Assembly (NCBI GenBank): GCA_012295275.1
Contig: CM022679.1
Span: 31,642,905-31,706,904 of the forward strand
Source: Chrysomallon squamiferum
Lineage: Eukaryota; Animalia; Mollusca
Reading direction: 5' to 3'
DNA length: 64,000 bases
Position numbers and translations under genes: made by a program. Under the pieces are notes generated by a model. The model had not been told where the DNA came from. It searched no databases and saw nothing but the letters and a program-made list of their open reading frames with translations. Of this stretch, positions 29,701-44,700 are shown piece after piece. The number at the start of each line of letters is the position of its first letter. Within the stretch, counting starts at the first letter, position 1.

Positions 29701-32700
29701 TTACATACTTATTTAAGTAATTAGTAGAGTACTTGCTTACTTAGGTAATTATATACCTACTGACTTAAATTCTTTGAGACTTAGGGAATTATTTAGTATT
29801 TACATACTTTCTTTCTTTCTTAGGTAATTGCTAATGTGCTTACTTACATTCTTACTTGCATAGGCAATGTTTTACATACTGACTGGCCTTCTTGCTTACT
29901 TAGGTAACCATTTACGAAGTTATCATGTTTCTTGCTTAGTTTGCAAAGTACTTATGTACTTACTTGCTTTCATGCTTACTTAGGTAATGATTTACGAAAT
30001 TACCAGGTTCTTTGCTTAGTTAGCTAATTACTTATGTACTTACTTGCTTTCTTTCTTACTTAGATAATTGTTAACGTACATAATTACATTCTCACTTTCT
30101 AACGTAATTATTGTCGTTCTTACTTCCTTTCTTGCTTACTTAGGTAATTACAGACGTACTTACTTACATTCAATCTTACTTAGGTAATTACTTACGTAGC
30201 TGCCAGCTTACTTCCTTACTTAGGTAATTATTTACGTACTTACTTACTTTCTTTCTTACTTAGGTAATTGTTTACGTACTTATTTACTTTCCCTCTTTCT
30301 TAGGTAATTAGTAATGTAGTTATTCACATTCTTACTTGCTGAGGTAACTGTTGATGTACTTCGTTGCTTTCTTTCTTAGGTGATTATACACACAATTACT
30401 GATGTTATATCTTACTTACATACTTATTTAAGTAATTAGTAGAGTACTTGCTTACTTAGGTAATTATATACCTACTGACTTAAATTCTTTGAGACTTAGG
30501 GAATTATTTAGTATTTACATACTTTCTTTCTTTCTTAGGTAATTGCTAATGTGCTTACTTACATTCTTACTTGCATAGGCAATGTTTTACATACTGACTG
30601 GCCTTCTTGCTTACTTAAGTAACTATTTACGAAGTTATCATCTTTCTTGCTTAGTTAGCAAAGTACTTATGTACTTACTTGCTTTCATGCTTACTTAGTT
30701 AACGATTTACGAAATTACCAGGTTCTTTGCTTAGCTAATTACTTATGTACTTACTTGCTTTCTTTCTTAGTTAGATAATTTTTAACGTACATAATTACAT
30801 TCTCACTTTCTAACGTAATTATTGTCGTTCTTACTTCCTTTCTTGCTTACTTAGGTAATTACAGACGTACTTACTTACATTCTATCTTACTTACGTAATT
30901 ATTTACGTACCTGCCAGCTTACTTCCTTACTTAGGTAATTATTTAAGAAGTTACTTACTTTCTTTCTTACTTAGGTAATTATTTACGTACTTATTTACTT
31001 TCTTTCTTTCTTAGGTAATTACTAATGTACTTCCTTACGTTCTTAGTTGCTTAGGTAATTATTTACGTACTTAATTACATTATCACTTACTTAGGTAATT
31101 AAGGACGTACTCACTTCGTTTCTTGCTTACTTAGGTAATTATACACATATTTACTTATATTCTTTCCTTTTTAAGTAGTTATTTACGTATCTACTAGCTT
31201 ACTTGCTTACTTAGGTAATTATTTACGTACTTACTTACTTTCTTTCTTACTTAGGTAATTATTTACGTACTTATTTACTTCCCCTCTTTCTTAGGTAATT
31301 AGTAATGTAGTTATTTACATTCTTAATTGCTGAGGTAACTATTGATGTACTTCGTTGCTTTCTTTCTTAGTTAGGTGATTATACACATAATTACTGATAT
31401 TATATCTTACTTACATACTTATTTTAGTAATTAGTAGAGTACTTGATTAGTTATGTAATTATATACCTACTGACTTACTTTCTTTCTTAGTTAGGGAATT
31501 ATTTAGTATTTACATACATTCTTTCTTTCTTAGGTAATTGCTAATGTGCTTACTTACATTCTTACTTGCATAGGCAATGTTTTACATACTGACAGGCCTT
31601 CTTGCTTACTTAGGTAACCATTTACGAAGTTATCATGTTTCTTGCTTAGTTAGCAAAGTACTTATGTACTTACTTGCTTTCATGCTTACTTAGGTAATGA
31701 TTTACGAAATTACCAGGTTCTTTGCTTAGTTAGCTAATTACTTATGTACTTACTTGCTTTCTTTCTTAGTTAGATAATTGTTAACGTACATAATTACATT
31801 CTCACTTTCTAACGTAATTATTGTCGTTCTTACTTCCTTTCTTCCTTACTTAGGTGATTACAGACATACTTACTTACATTCAATCTTACTTAGGTAATTA
31901 CTTACGTAGCTGCCACCTTACTTCCTTACTTAGGTAATTATTTACGTACTTACTTACTTTCTTTCTTACTTAGGTAATTGTTTACGTACTTATTTACTTT
32001 CCCTCTTTCTTAGGTAATTAATAATGTAGTTATTTACATTCTTACTTGCTGAGGTAACTATTGATGTACTTCGTTGCTTTCTTTCTTAGGTGATTATACA
32101 CACAATTACTGATGTTATATCTTACTTACATACTTATTTAAGTAATTAGTAGAGTACTTGCTTACTTAGGTAATTATATACCTACTGACTTAAATTCTTT
32201 GTTACTTAGGGAATTATTTAGTATTTACATACTTTCTTTCTTTCTTAGGTAATTGCTAATGTGCTTACTTACATTCTTACTTGCATAGGCAATGTTTTAC
32301 ATACTGACTGGCCTTCTTGCTTACTTAGGTAACCATTTACGAAGTTATCATGTTTCTTGCTTAGTTAGCAAAGTACTTATGTACTTACTTGCTTTCATGC
32401 TTACTTAGGTAATGATTTACGAAATTACCAGGTTCTTTGCTTAGTTAGCTAATTACTTATGTACTTACTTGCTTTCTTTCTTAGTTAGATAATTGTTAAC
32501 GTACATAATTACATTCTCACTTTCTAACGTAATTATTGTCGTTCTTACTCCCTTTCTTGCTTACTTAGGTAATTATATACCTACTGACTTAAATTCTTTG
32601 TGACTTAGGGAATTATTTAGTATTTACATACTTTCTTTGTTTTGTTACGAAATTGCTAATGTGCTTACTTACATTCTTACTTGCATAGGCAATGTTTTAC

Positions 32701-35700
32701 ATACTGACTGGCCTTCTTGCTTACTTAGGTAACTATTTACGAAGTTATCATCTTTCTTGCTTAGTTAGCAAAGTACTTATGTACTTACTTGCTTTCATGC
32801 TTACTTAGTTAACGATTTACGAAATTACCAGGTTCTTTGCTTAGCTAATTACTTATGTACTTACTTGCTTTCTTTCTTAGTTAGATAATTTTTAACGTAC
32901 ATAATTACATTCTCACTTTCTAACGTAATTATTGTCGTTCTTACTTCCTGTCTTGCTTACTTAGGTAATTACAGACGTACTTACTTACATTCTTACTTAC
33001 GTAATTATTTACGTACCTGCCAGCTTACTTCCTTACTTAGGTAATTATTTAAGAAGTTACTTACTTTCTTTCTTACTTAGGTAATTATTTACGTACTTAT
33101 TTACTTTCTTTCTTTCTTAGGTAATTACTAATGTACTTCCTTACGTTCTTAGTTGCTTAGGTAATTATTTACGTACTTAATTACATTATCACTTACTTAG
33201 GTAATTAAGGACGTACTTACTTCGTTTGTTACTTACTTATGTAATTATACACATATTTACTTATATTCTTTCCTTTTTAAGTAGTTATTTACGTATCTAC
33301 TAGCTTACTTGCTTACTTAGGTAATTATTTACGTACTTACTTACTTTCTTTCTTACTTAGGTAATTATTTACGTACTTATTTACTTCCCCTCTTTCTTAG
33401 GTAATTAGTAATGTAGTTATTTACATTCTTAATTGCTGAGGTAACTATTGATGTACTTCGTTGCTTTCTTTCTTAGTTAGGTGATTATACACATAATTAC
33501 TGATATTATATCTTACTTACATACTTATTTTAGTAATTAGTAGAGTACTTGATTAGTTATGTAATTATATACCTACTGACTTACTTTCTTTCTTAGTTAG
33601 GGAATTATTTAGTATTTACATACTTTCTTTCTTTCTTAGGTAATTGCTAATGTGCTTACTTACATTCTTACTTGCATAGGCAATGTTTTACATACTGACT
33701 GGCCTTCTTGCTTACTTAGGTAACCATTTACGAAGTTATCATGTTTCTTGCTTAGTTAGCAAAGTACTTATGTACTTACTTGCTTTCATGCTTACTTAGG
33801 TAATGATTTACGAAATTACCAGGTTCTTTGCTTAGTTAGCTAATTACTTATGTACTTACTTGCTTTCTTTCTTACTTAGATAATTGTTAACGTACATAAT
33901 TACATTCTCACTTTCTAACGTAATTATTGTCGTTCTTACTTCCTTTCTTGCTTACTTAGGTGATTACAGACGTACTTACTTACATTCAATCTTACTTAGG
34001 TAATTACTTACGTAGCTGCCAGCTTACTTCCTTACTTAGGTAATTATTTACTTACTTACTTACTTTCTTTCTTACTTAGGTAATTGTTTACGTACTTATT
34101 TACTTTCCCTCTTTCTTAGGTAATTAGTAATGTAGTTATTTACATTCTTACTTGCTGAGGTAACTATTGATGTACTTCGTTGCTTTCTTTGTTAGGTGAT
34201 TATACACACAATTACTGATGTTATATCTTACTTACATACTTATTTAAGTAATTAGTAGAGTACTTGCTTACTTAGGTAATTATATACCTACTGACTTAAA
34301 TTCTTTGTTACTTAGGGAATTATTTAGTATTTACATACTTTCTTTCTTTCTTAGGTAATTGCTAATGTGCTTACTTACATTCTTACTTGCATAGGCAATG
34401 TTTTACATACTGACTGGCCTTCTTGCTTACTTAGGTAACCATTTTCGAAGTTATCATGTTTCTTGCTTAGTTAGCAAAGTACTTATGTACTTACTTGCTT
34501 TCATGCTTACTTAGGTAATGATTTACGAAATTACCAGGTTCTTTGCTTAGTTAGCTAATTACTTATGTACTTACTTGCTTTCTTTCTTAGTTAGATAATT
34601 GTTAACGTACATAATTACATTCTCACTTTCTAACGTAATTATTGTCGTTCTTACTTCCTTTCTTGCTTACTTAGGTAATTATATACCTACTGACTTAAAT
34701 TCTTTGTGACTTAGGGAATTATTTAGTATTTACATACTTTCTTTGTTTTGTTAGGAAATTGCTAATGTGCTTACTTACATTCTTACTTGCATAGGCAATG
34801 TTTTACATACTGACTGGCCTTCTTGCTTACTTAGGTAACTATTTACGAAGTTATCATCTTTCTTGCTTAGTTAGCAAAGTACTTATGTACTTACTTGCTT
34901 TCATGCTTACTTAGTTAACGATTTACGAAATTACCAGGTTCTTTGCTTAGCTAATTACTTATGTACTTACTTGCTTTCTTTCTTAGTTAGATAATTTTTA
35001 ACGTACATAATTACATTCTCACTTTCTAACGTAATTATTGTCGTTCTTACTTCCTTTCTTGCTTACTTAGGTAATTACAGACGTACTTACTTACATTCTA
35101 TCTTACTTACGTAATTATTTACGTACCTGCCAGCTTACTTCCTTACTTAGGTAATTATTTAAGAAGTTACTTACTTTCTTTCTTACTTACTTAGGTAATT
35201 ATTTACGTACTTATTTACTTTCTCTCTTTCTTAGGTAATTACTAATGTACTTCCTTACGTTCTTAGTTGGTTAGGTAATTATTTACGTACTTACTTCGTT
35301 TCTTGCTTACTTAGGTAATTATACACATATTTACTTATATTCTTTCCTTTTTAAGTAGTTATTTACGTATCTACTAGCTTACTTGCTTACTTAGGTAATT
35401 ATTTACGTACTTACTTACTTTCTTTCTTACTTAGGTAATTATTTACGTACTTATTTACTTCCCCTCTTTCTTAGGTAATTAGTAATGTAGTTATTTACAT
35501 TCTTAATTGCTGAGGTAACTATTGATGTACTTCGTTGCTTTCTTTCTTAGTTAGGTGATTATACACATAATTACTGATATTATATCTTACTTACATACTT
35601 ATTTTAGTAATTAGTAGAGTACTTGATTAGTTATGTAATTATATACCTACTGACTTAAATTCTTTGTTACTTAGGGAATTATTTAGTATTTACATACTTT

Positions 35701-38700
35701 CTTTCTTTTGTTAGGTAATTGCTAATGTGCTTACTTACATTCTTACTTGCATAGGCAATGTTTTACATACTGACTGGCCTTCTTGCTTACTTAGGTAACC
35801 ATTTACGAAGTTATCATGTTTCTTGCTTAGTTAGCAAAGTACTTATGTACTTACTTGCTTTCATGCTTACTTAGGTAATGATTTACGAAATTACCAGGTT
35901 CGTTGCTTAGTTAGCTAATTACTTATGTACTTACTTGCTTTCTTTCTTAGTTAGATAATTGTTAACGTACATAATTACATTCTCACTTTCTAACGTAATT
36001 ATTGTCGTTCTTACTTCCTTTCTTCCTTACTTAGGTGATTACAGACGTACTTACTTACATTCAATCTTACTTAGGTAATTACTTACGTAGCTTCCAGCTT
36101 ACTTCCTTACTTAGGTAATTATTTACGTACTTACTTACTTTCTTTCTTACTTAGGTAATTGTTTACGTACTTATTTACTTTCCCTCTTTCTTAGGTAATT
36201 AGTAATGTAGTTATTTACATTCTTACTTGCTGAGGTAACTATTGATGTACTTCGTTGCTTTCTTTCTTAGTTAGGTGATTATACACATAATTACTGATAT
36301 TATATCTTACTTACATACTTATTTTAGTAATTAGTAGAGTACTTGATTAGTTATGTAATTATATACCTACTGACTTACTTTCTTTCTTAGTTAGGGAATT
36401 ATTTAGTATTTACATACTTTCTTTCTTTCTTAGGTAATTGCTAATGTGCTTACTTACATTCTTACTTGCATAGGCAATGTTTTACATACTGACAGGCCTT
36501 CTTCCTTACTTAGGTAACCATTTACGAAGTTATCATCTTTCTTGCTTAGTTAGCAAAGTACTTATGTACTTACTTGCTTTCATGCTTACTTAGTTAATGA
36601 TTTACGAAATTACCAGGTTCTTTGCTTAGTTAGCTAATTACTTATGTACTTACTTGCTTTCTTTCTTAGTTAGATAATTTTTAACGTACATAATTACATT
36701 CTCACTTTCTAACGTAATTATTGTCGTTCTTACTTCCTTTCTTGCTTACTTAGGTAATTACAGACGTACTTACTTACATTCTATCTTACTTACGTAATTA
36801 TTTACGTACCTGCCAGCTTACTTCCTTACTTAGGTAATTATTTAAGAAGTTACTTACTTTCTTTCTTACTTAGGTAATTATTTACGTACTTATTTACTTT
36901 CTTTCTTTCTTAGGTAATTACTGATGTACATCCTTACGTTCTTAGTTGCTTAGGTAATTATTTACGTACTTACTTCGTTTCTTGCTTACTTAGGTAATTA
37001 TACACATATTTACTTATATTCTTTCCTTTTTAAGTAGTTATTTACGTATCTACTAGCTTACTTGCTTACTTAGGTAATTATTTACGTACTTACTTACTTT
37101 CTTTCTTACTTAGGTAATTATTTACGTACTTATTTACTTCCCGTCTTTCTTAGGTAATTAGTAATGTAGTTATTTACATTCTTAATTGCTGAGGTAACTA
37201 TTGATGTACTTCGTTGCTTTCTTTCTTAGTTATGTGATTATACACATAATTACTGATATTATATCTTACTTACATACTTATTTTAGTAATTAGTAGAGTA
37301 CTTGATTAGTTATGTAATTATATACCTACTGACTTACTTTCTTTCTTAGTTAGGGAATTATTTAGTATTTACATACTTTCTTTCTTTCTTAGGTAATTGC
37401 TAATGTGCTTACTTACATTCTTACTTGCATAGGCAATGTTTTACATACTGACTGGCCTTCTTGCTTACTTAGGTAACCATTTACGAAGTTATCATGTTTC
37501 TTGCTTAGTTAGCAAAGTACTTATGTACTTACTTGCTTTCATGCTTACTTAGGTAATGATTTACGAAATTACCAGGTTCTTTGCTTAGTTAGCTAGTTAC
37601 TTATGTACTTACTTGGTTTCTTTCTTAGTTAGATAATTGTTAACGTACATAATTACATTCTCACTTTCTAACGTAATTATTGTCGTTCTTACTTCCTTTC
37701 TTCCTTACTTAGGTGATTACAGACGTACTTACTTACATTCAATCTTACTTAGGTAATTACTTACGTAGCTGCCAGCTTACTTCCTTACTTAGGTAATTAT
37801 TTACGTACTTACTTACTTTCTTTCTTACTTAGGTAATTGTTTACGTACTTATTTACTTTCCCTCTTTCTTAGGTAATTAGTAATGTAGTTATTTACATTC
37901 TTACTTGCTGAGGTAACTATTGATGTACTTCGTTGCTTTCTTTCTTAGGTGATTATACACACAATTACTGATGTTATATCTTACTTACATACTTATTTAA
38001 GTAATTAGTAGAGTACTTGCTTACTTAGGTAATTATATACCTACTGACTTAAATTCTTTGTTACTTAGGGAATTATTTAGTATTTACATACTTTCTTTCT
38101 TTCTTAGGTAATTGCTAATGTGCTTACTTACATTCTTATAGGCAATGTTTTACATACTGACTGGCCTTCTTGCTTACTTAGGTAACCATTTACGAAGTTA
38201 TCATCTTTCTTGCTTAGTTAGCAAAGTACTTATGTACTTACTTGCTTTCATGCTTACTTAGTTAATGATTTACGAAATTACCAGGTTCTTTGCTTAGTTA
38301 GCTAATTACTTATGTACTTACTTGCTTTCTTTTAGCTTAGATAATTGTTAACGTACATAATTACATTCTCACTTTCTAACGTAATTATTGTCGTTCTTAC
38401 TTCCTTTCTTGCTTACTTAGGTAATTACAGACGTACTTACTTACATTCTATCTTACTTAGGTAATTATTTACGTACCTGCCAGCTTACTTCCTTACTTAG
38501 GTAATTATTTAAGAAGTTACTTACTTTCTTTCTTACTTAGGTAATTATTTACGTACTTATTTACTTTCTTTCTTTCTTAGGTAATTACTGATGTACATCC
38601 TTACGTTCTTAGTTGCTTAGGTAATTATTTACGTACTTAATTACATTATCACTTACGTTTCTTGTTTCTTGCTTACTTAGGTAATTATACACATATTTAC

Positions 38701-41700
38701 TTATATTCTTTCCTTTTTAAGTAGTTATTTACGTATCTACTAGCTTACTTGCTTACTTAGGTAATTATTTACGTACTTACTTACTTTCTTTCTTACTTAG
38801 GTAATTATTTACGTACTTATTTACTTCCCGTCTTTCTTAGGTAATTAGTAATGTAGTTATTTACATTCTTAATTGCTGAGGTAACTATTGATGTACTTCG
38901 TTGCTTTCTTTCTTAGTTAGGTGATTATACACATAATTACTGATATTATATCTTACTTACATACTTATTTTAGTAATTAGTAGAGTACTTGATTAGTTAT
39001 GTAATTATATACCTACTGACTTACTTTCTTTCTTAGTTAGGGAATTATTTAGTATTTACATACTTTCTTTCTTTCTTAGGTAATTGCTAATGTGCTTACT
39101 TACATTCTTACTTGCATAGGCAATGTTTTACATACTGACAGGCCTTCTTCCTTACTTAGGTAACCATTTACTAAGTTATCATGTTTCTTGCTTAGTTAGC
39201 AAAGTACTTATGTACTTACTTGCTTTCATGCTTTCTTAGGTAATGATTTACGAAATTACCAGGTTCTTTGCTTAGTTAGCTAATTACTTATGTACTTACT
39301 TGCTTTCTTTCTTAGTTAGATAATTGTTAACGTACATAATTACATTCTCACTTTCTAACGTAATTATTGTCGTTCTTACTTCCTTTCTTCCTTACTTAGG
39401 TGATTACAGACGTACTTACTTACATTCAATCTTACTTAGGTAATTACTTACGTAGCTGCCAGCTTACTTCCTTACTTAGGTAATTATTTACGTACTTACT
39501 TACTTTCTTTCTTACTTAGGTAATTGTTTACGTACTTATTTACTTTCCCTCTTTCTTAGGTAATTAGTAATGTAGTTATTTACATTCTTACTTGCTGAGG
39601 TAACTATTGATGTACTTCGTTGCTTTCTTTCTTAGGTGATTATACACACAATTACTGATATTATATCTTACATACTTATTTAAGTAATTAGTAGAGTACT
39701 TGCTTACTTAGGTAATTATATACCTACTGACTTAAATTCTTTTTCTTACTTAGGGAATTATTTAGTATTTACATACTTTCTTTCTTTCTTAGGTAATTGC
39801 TAATGTGCTTACTTACATTCTTACTTGCATAGGCAATGTTTTACATACTGACTGGCCTTCTTGCTTACTTAGGTAACTATTTACGAAGTTATCATCTTTC
39901 TTGCTTAGTTAGCAAAGTACTTATGTACTTACTTGCTTTCATGCTTACTTAGTTAATGATTTACAGAAATTACCAGGTTCTTTGCTTAGTTAGCTAATTA
40001 CTTATGTACTTACTTGCTTTCTTTCTTAGTTAGATAATTTTTTAACGTACATAATTACATTCTCACTTTCTAACGTAATTATTGTCGTTCTTACTTCCTT
40101 TCTTGCTTACTTAGGTAATTACAGACGTACTTACTTACATTCTATCTTACTTAGGTAATTATTTACGTACCTGCCAGCTTACTTCCTTACTTAGGTAATT
40201 ATTTAAGAAGTTACTTACTTTCTTTTTCTTACTTAGGTAATTATTTACGTACTTATTTACTTTCTTTCTTTCTTAGGTAATTACTAATGTACATCCTTAC
40301 GTTCTTAGTTGCGCTTAGGTAATTATTTACGGACTTAATTACATTATCACTTACTTAGGTAATTAAGGACGTTTCTTTCGTTTCTTGCTTACTTAGGTAA
40401 TTATACACATATTTACTTATATTCTTTCCTTTTTAAGTAGTTATTTACGTATCTACTAGCTTACTTGCTTACTTAGGTAATTATTTACGTACTTACTTAC
40501 TTTCTTTCTTTCTTACTTAGGTAATTATTTACGTACTTATTTACTTCCCCTCTTTCTTAGGTAATTAGTAATGTAGTTATTTACATTCTTAATTGCTGAG
40601 GTAACTATTGATGTACTTCGTTGCTTTCTTTCTTAGTTAGGTGATTATACACATAATTACTGATATTATATCTTACTTACATACTTATTTTAGTAATTAG
40701 TAGAGTACTTGATTAGTTATGTAATTATATACCTACTGACTTTCTTTTTTACTTAGTTAGGGAATTATTTAGTATTTACATACTTTCTTTCTTTCTTAGG
40801 TAATTGCTAATGTGCTTACTTACATTCTTACTTGCATAGGCAATGTTTTACATACTGACTGGCCTTCTTCTTTACTTACTTAGGTAACCATTTACTAAGT
40901 TATCATGTTTCTTTCTTAGTTAGCAAAGTACTTATGTACTTACTTGCTTTCATGCTTTCTTAGGTAATGATTTACGAAATTACCAGGATCTTTGCTTAGT
41001 TAGCTAATTACTTATGTATTTACTTGCTTTCTTTCTTAGTTAGATAATTGTTAACGTACATAATTACATTCTCACTTTCTAACGTAATTATTGTCGTTCT
41101 TACTTCCTTTCTTGCTTACTTAGGTAATTAGAGACGTACTTACTTACATTCAATCTTACTTAGGTAATTACTTACGTAGCTGCCAGCTTACTTCCTTACT
41201 TAGGTAATTATTTACGTACTTACTTACTTTCTTTCTTACTTAGGTAATTGTTTACGTACTTATTTACTTTCCCTCTTTCTTAGGTAATTAGTAATGTAGT
41301 TATTTACATTCTTACTTGCTGAGGTAACTATTGATGTACTTCGTTGCTTTCTTTCTTACGTGATTATACACACAATTACTGATGTTATATCTTAGTTACA
41401 TACTTATTTAAGTAATTAGTAGAGTACTTGCTTATTTAGGTAATTATATACCTACTGACTTAAATTCTTTGTTACTTAGGGAATTATTTAGTATTTACAT
41501 ACTTTCTTTCTTTCTTAGGTAATTGCTAATGTGCTTACTTACATTCTTACTTGCATAGGCAATGTTTTACATACTGACTGGCCTTCTTGCTTACTTAGGT
41601 AACCATTTACGAAGTTATCATGTTTCTTGCTTAGTTAGCAAAGTACTTATGTACTTACTTGCTTTCATGCTTACTTAGGTAATGATTTACGAAATTACCA

Positions 41701-44700
41701 GGTTCTTTGCTTAGTTAGCTAATTACTTATGTACTTACTTGGTTTCTTTCTTAGTTAGATAATTTTTAACGTACATAATTACATTCTCACTTTCTAACGT
41801 AATTATTGTCGTCGTTCTTACTTCCTTTCTTGCTTACTTAGGTAATTACAGACGAACTTACTTACATTCTATCTTACTTACGTAATTATTTACGTACCTG
41901 CCAGCTTACTTCCTTACTTAGGTAATTATTTAAGAAGTTACTTACTTTCTTTCTTACTTAGGTAATTATTTACGTACTTATTTACTTTCTTTCTTTCTTA
42001 CATAATTACTAATGTACTTCCTTACGTTCTTAGTTGCTTAGGTAATTATTTACGGACTTAATTACATTATCACTTACTTAGGTAATTAAGGACGTTTACT
42101 TCGTTTCTTGCTTACTTAGGTAATTATACACATATTTACTTATATTCTTTCCTTTTTAAGTAGTTATTTACGTATCTACTAGCTTACTTGCTTACTTAGG
42201 TAATTATTTACGTACTTTACTTCTTTTTTCTTTCTTAGGTTAGGTAATTATTTACGTACTTATTTACTTCCCCTCTTTCTTAGGTAATTAGTAATGTAGT
42301 TATTTACATTCATTCTTAATTGCTGAGGTAACTATTGATGTACTTCGTTGCTTTCTTTCTTAGTTATGTGATTATACACATAATTACTGATATTATATCT
42401 TACTTACATACTTATTTTAGTAATTAGTAGAGTACTTGATTAGTTATGTAATTATATACCTACTGACTTTCTTTCTTAGTTAGGGAATTATTTAGTATTT
42501 ACATACTTTCTTTCTTTCTTAGGTAATTGCTAATGTGCTTACTTACATTCTTACTTGCATAGGCAATGTTTTACATACTGACTGGCCTTCTTGCTTACTT
42601 AGGTAACCATTTACGAAGTTATCATGTTTCTTGCTTAGTTAGCAAAGTACTTATGTACTTACTTGCTTTCATGCTTACTTAGGTAATGATTTACGAAATT
42701 ACCAGGATCTTTGCTTAGTTAGCTAATTACTTATGTATTTACTTGCTTTCTTTCTTAGTTACATAATTGTTAACGTACATAATTACATTCTCACTTTCTA
42801 ACGTAATTATTGTCGTTCTTACTTCCTTTCTTGCTTACTTAGGTAATTACAGACGTACTTACTTACATTCAATCCTACTTAGGTAATTACTTACGTAGCT
42901 GCCAGCTTACTTCCTTACTTAGGTAATTATTTACGTACTTACTTACTTTATTTCTTACTTAGGTAATTGTTTACGTACTTATTTACTTTCCCTCTTTCTT
43001 AGGTAATTAGTAATGTAGTTATTTACATTGTTACTTGCTGAGGTAACTATTGATGTACTTCGTTGCTTTCTTTCTTAGGTGATTATACACACAATTACTG
43101 ATGTTATATCTTAGTTACATACTTATTTAAGTAATTAGTAGAGTACTTGCTTATTTAGGTAATTATATACCTACTGACTTAAATTCTTTGTTACTTAGGG
43201 AATTATTTAGTATTTACATACTTTCTTTCTTTCTTAGGTAATTGCTAATGTGCTTACTTACATTCTTACTTGCATAGGCAATGTTTTACATACTGACTGG
43301 CCTTCTTGCTTACTTAGGTAACTATTTACGAAGTTATCATCTTTCTTGCTTAGTTAGCAAAGTACTTATGTACTTACTTGCTTTCATGCTTACTTAGTTA
43401 ATGATTTACGAAATTAACAGGTTCTTTGCTTAGTTAGCTAATTACTTATGTACTTACTTGGTTTCTTTCTTAGTTAGATAATTTTTAACGTACATAATTA
43501 CATTCTCACTTTCTAACGTAATTATTGTCGTTCTTACTTCCTTTCTTGCTTACTTAGGTAATTACAGACGAACTTACTTACATTCTATCTTACTTACGTA
43601 ATTATTTACGTACCTGCCAGCTTACTTCCTTACTTAGGTAATTATTTAAGAAGTTACTTACTTTCTTTCTTACTTAGGTAATTATTTACGTACTTATTTA
43701 CTTTCTTTCTTTCTTAGGTAATTACTAATGTACTTCCTTACGTTCTTAGTTGCTTAGGTAATTATTTACGGACTTAATTACATTATCACTTACTTAGGTA
43801 ATTAAGGACGTACTTACTTCGTTTCTTGCTTACTTAGGTAATTATACACATATTTACTTATATTCTTTCCTTTTTAAGTAGTTATTTACGTATCTACTAG
43901 CTTACTTGCTTACTTAGGTAATTATTTACGTACTTACTTACTTTCTTTCTTACTTAGGTAATTATTTACGTACTTATTTACTTCCCCTCTTTCTTAGGTA
44001 ATTAGTAATGTAGTTATTTACATTCTTAATTGCTGAGGTAACTATTGATGTACTTCGTTGCTTTCTTTCTTAGTTAGGTGATTATACACATAATTACTGA
44101 TATTATATCTTACTTACATACTTATTTTAGTAATTAGTAGAGTACTTGATTAGTTATGTAATTATATACCTACTTTCTTTCTTTCTTTCTTAGTTAGGGA
44201 ATTATTTAGTATTTACATACTTTCTTTCTTTCTTAGGTAATTGCTAATGTGCTTACTTACATTCTTACTTGCATAGGCAATGTTTTTATACTGACTGGCC
44301 TTCTTGCTTACTTAGGTAACCATTTACGAAGTTATCATGTTTCTTGCTTAGTTAGCAAAGTACTTATGTACTTACTTGCTTTCATGCTTACTTAGGTAAT
44401 GATTTACGAAATTACCAGGATCTTTGCTTAGTTAGCTAATTACTTATGTATTTACTTGCTTTCTTTCTTAGTTACATAATTGTTAACGTACATAATTACA
44501 TTCTCACTTTCTAACGTAATTATTGTCGTTCTTACTTCCTTTCTTGCTTACTTAGGTAATTACAGACGTACTTACTTACATTCAATCCTACTTAGGTAAT
44601 TACTTACGTAGCTGCCAGCTTACTTCCTTACTTAGGTAATTATTTACGTACTTACTTACTTTATTTCTTACTTAGGTAATTGTTTACGTACTTATTTACT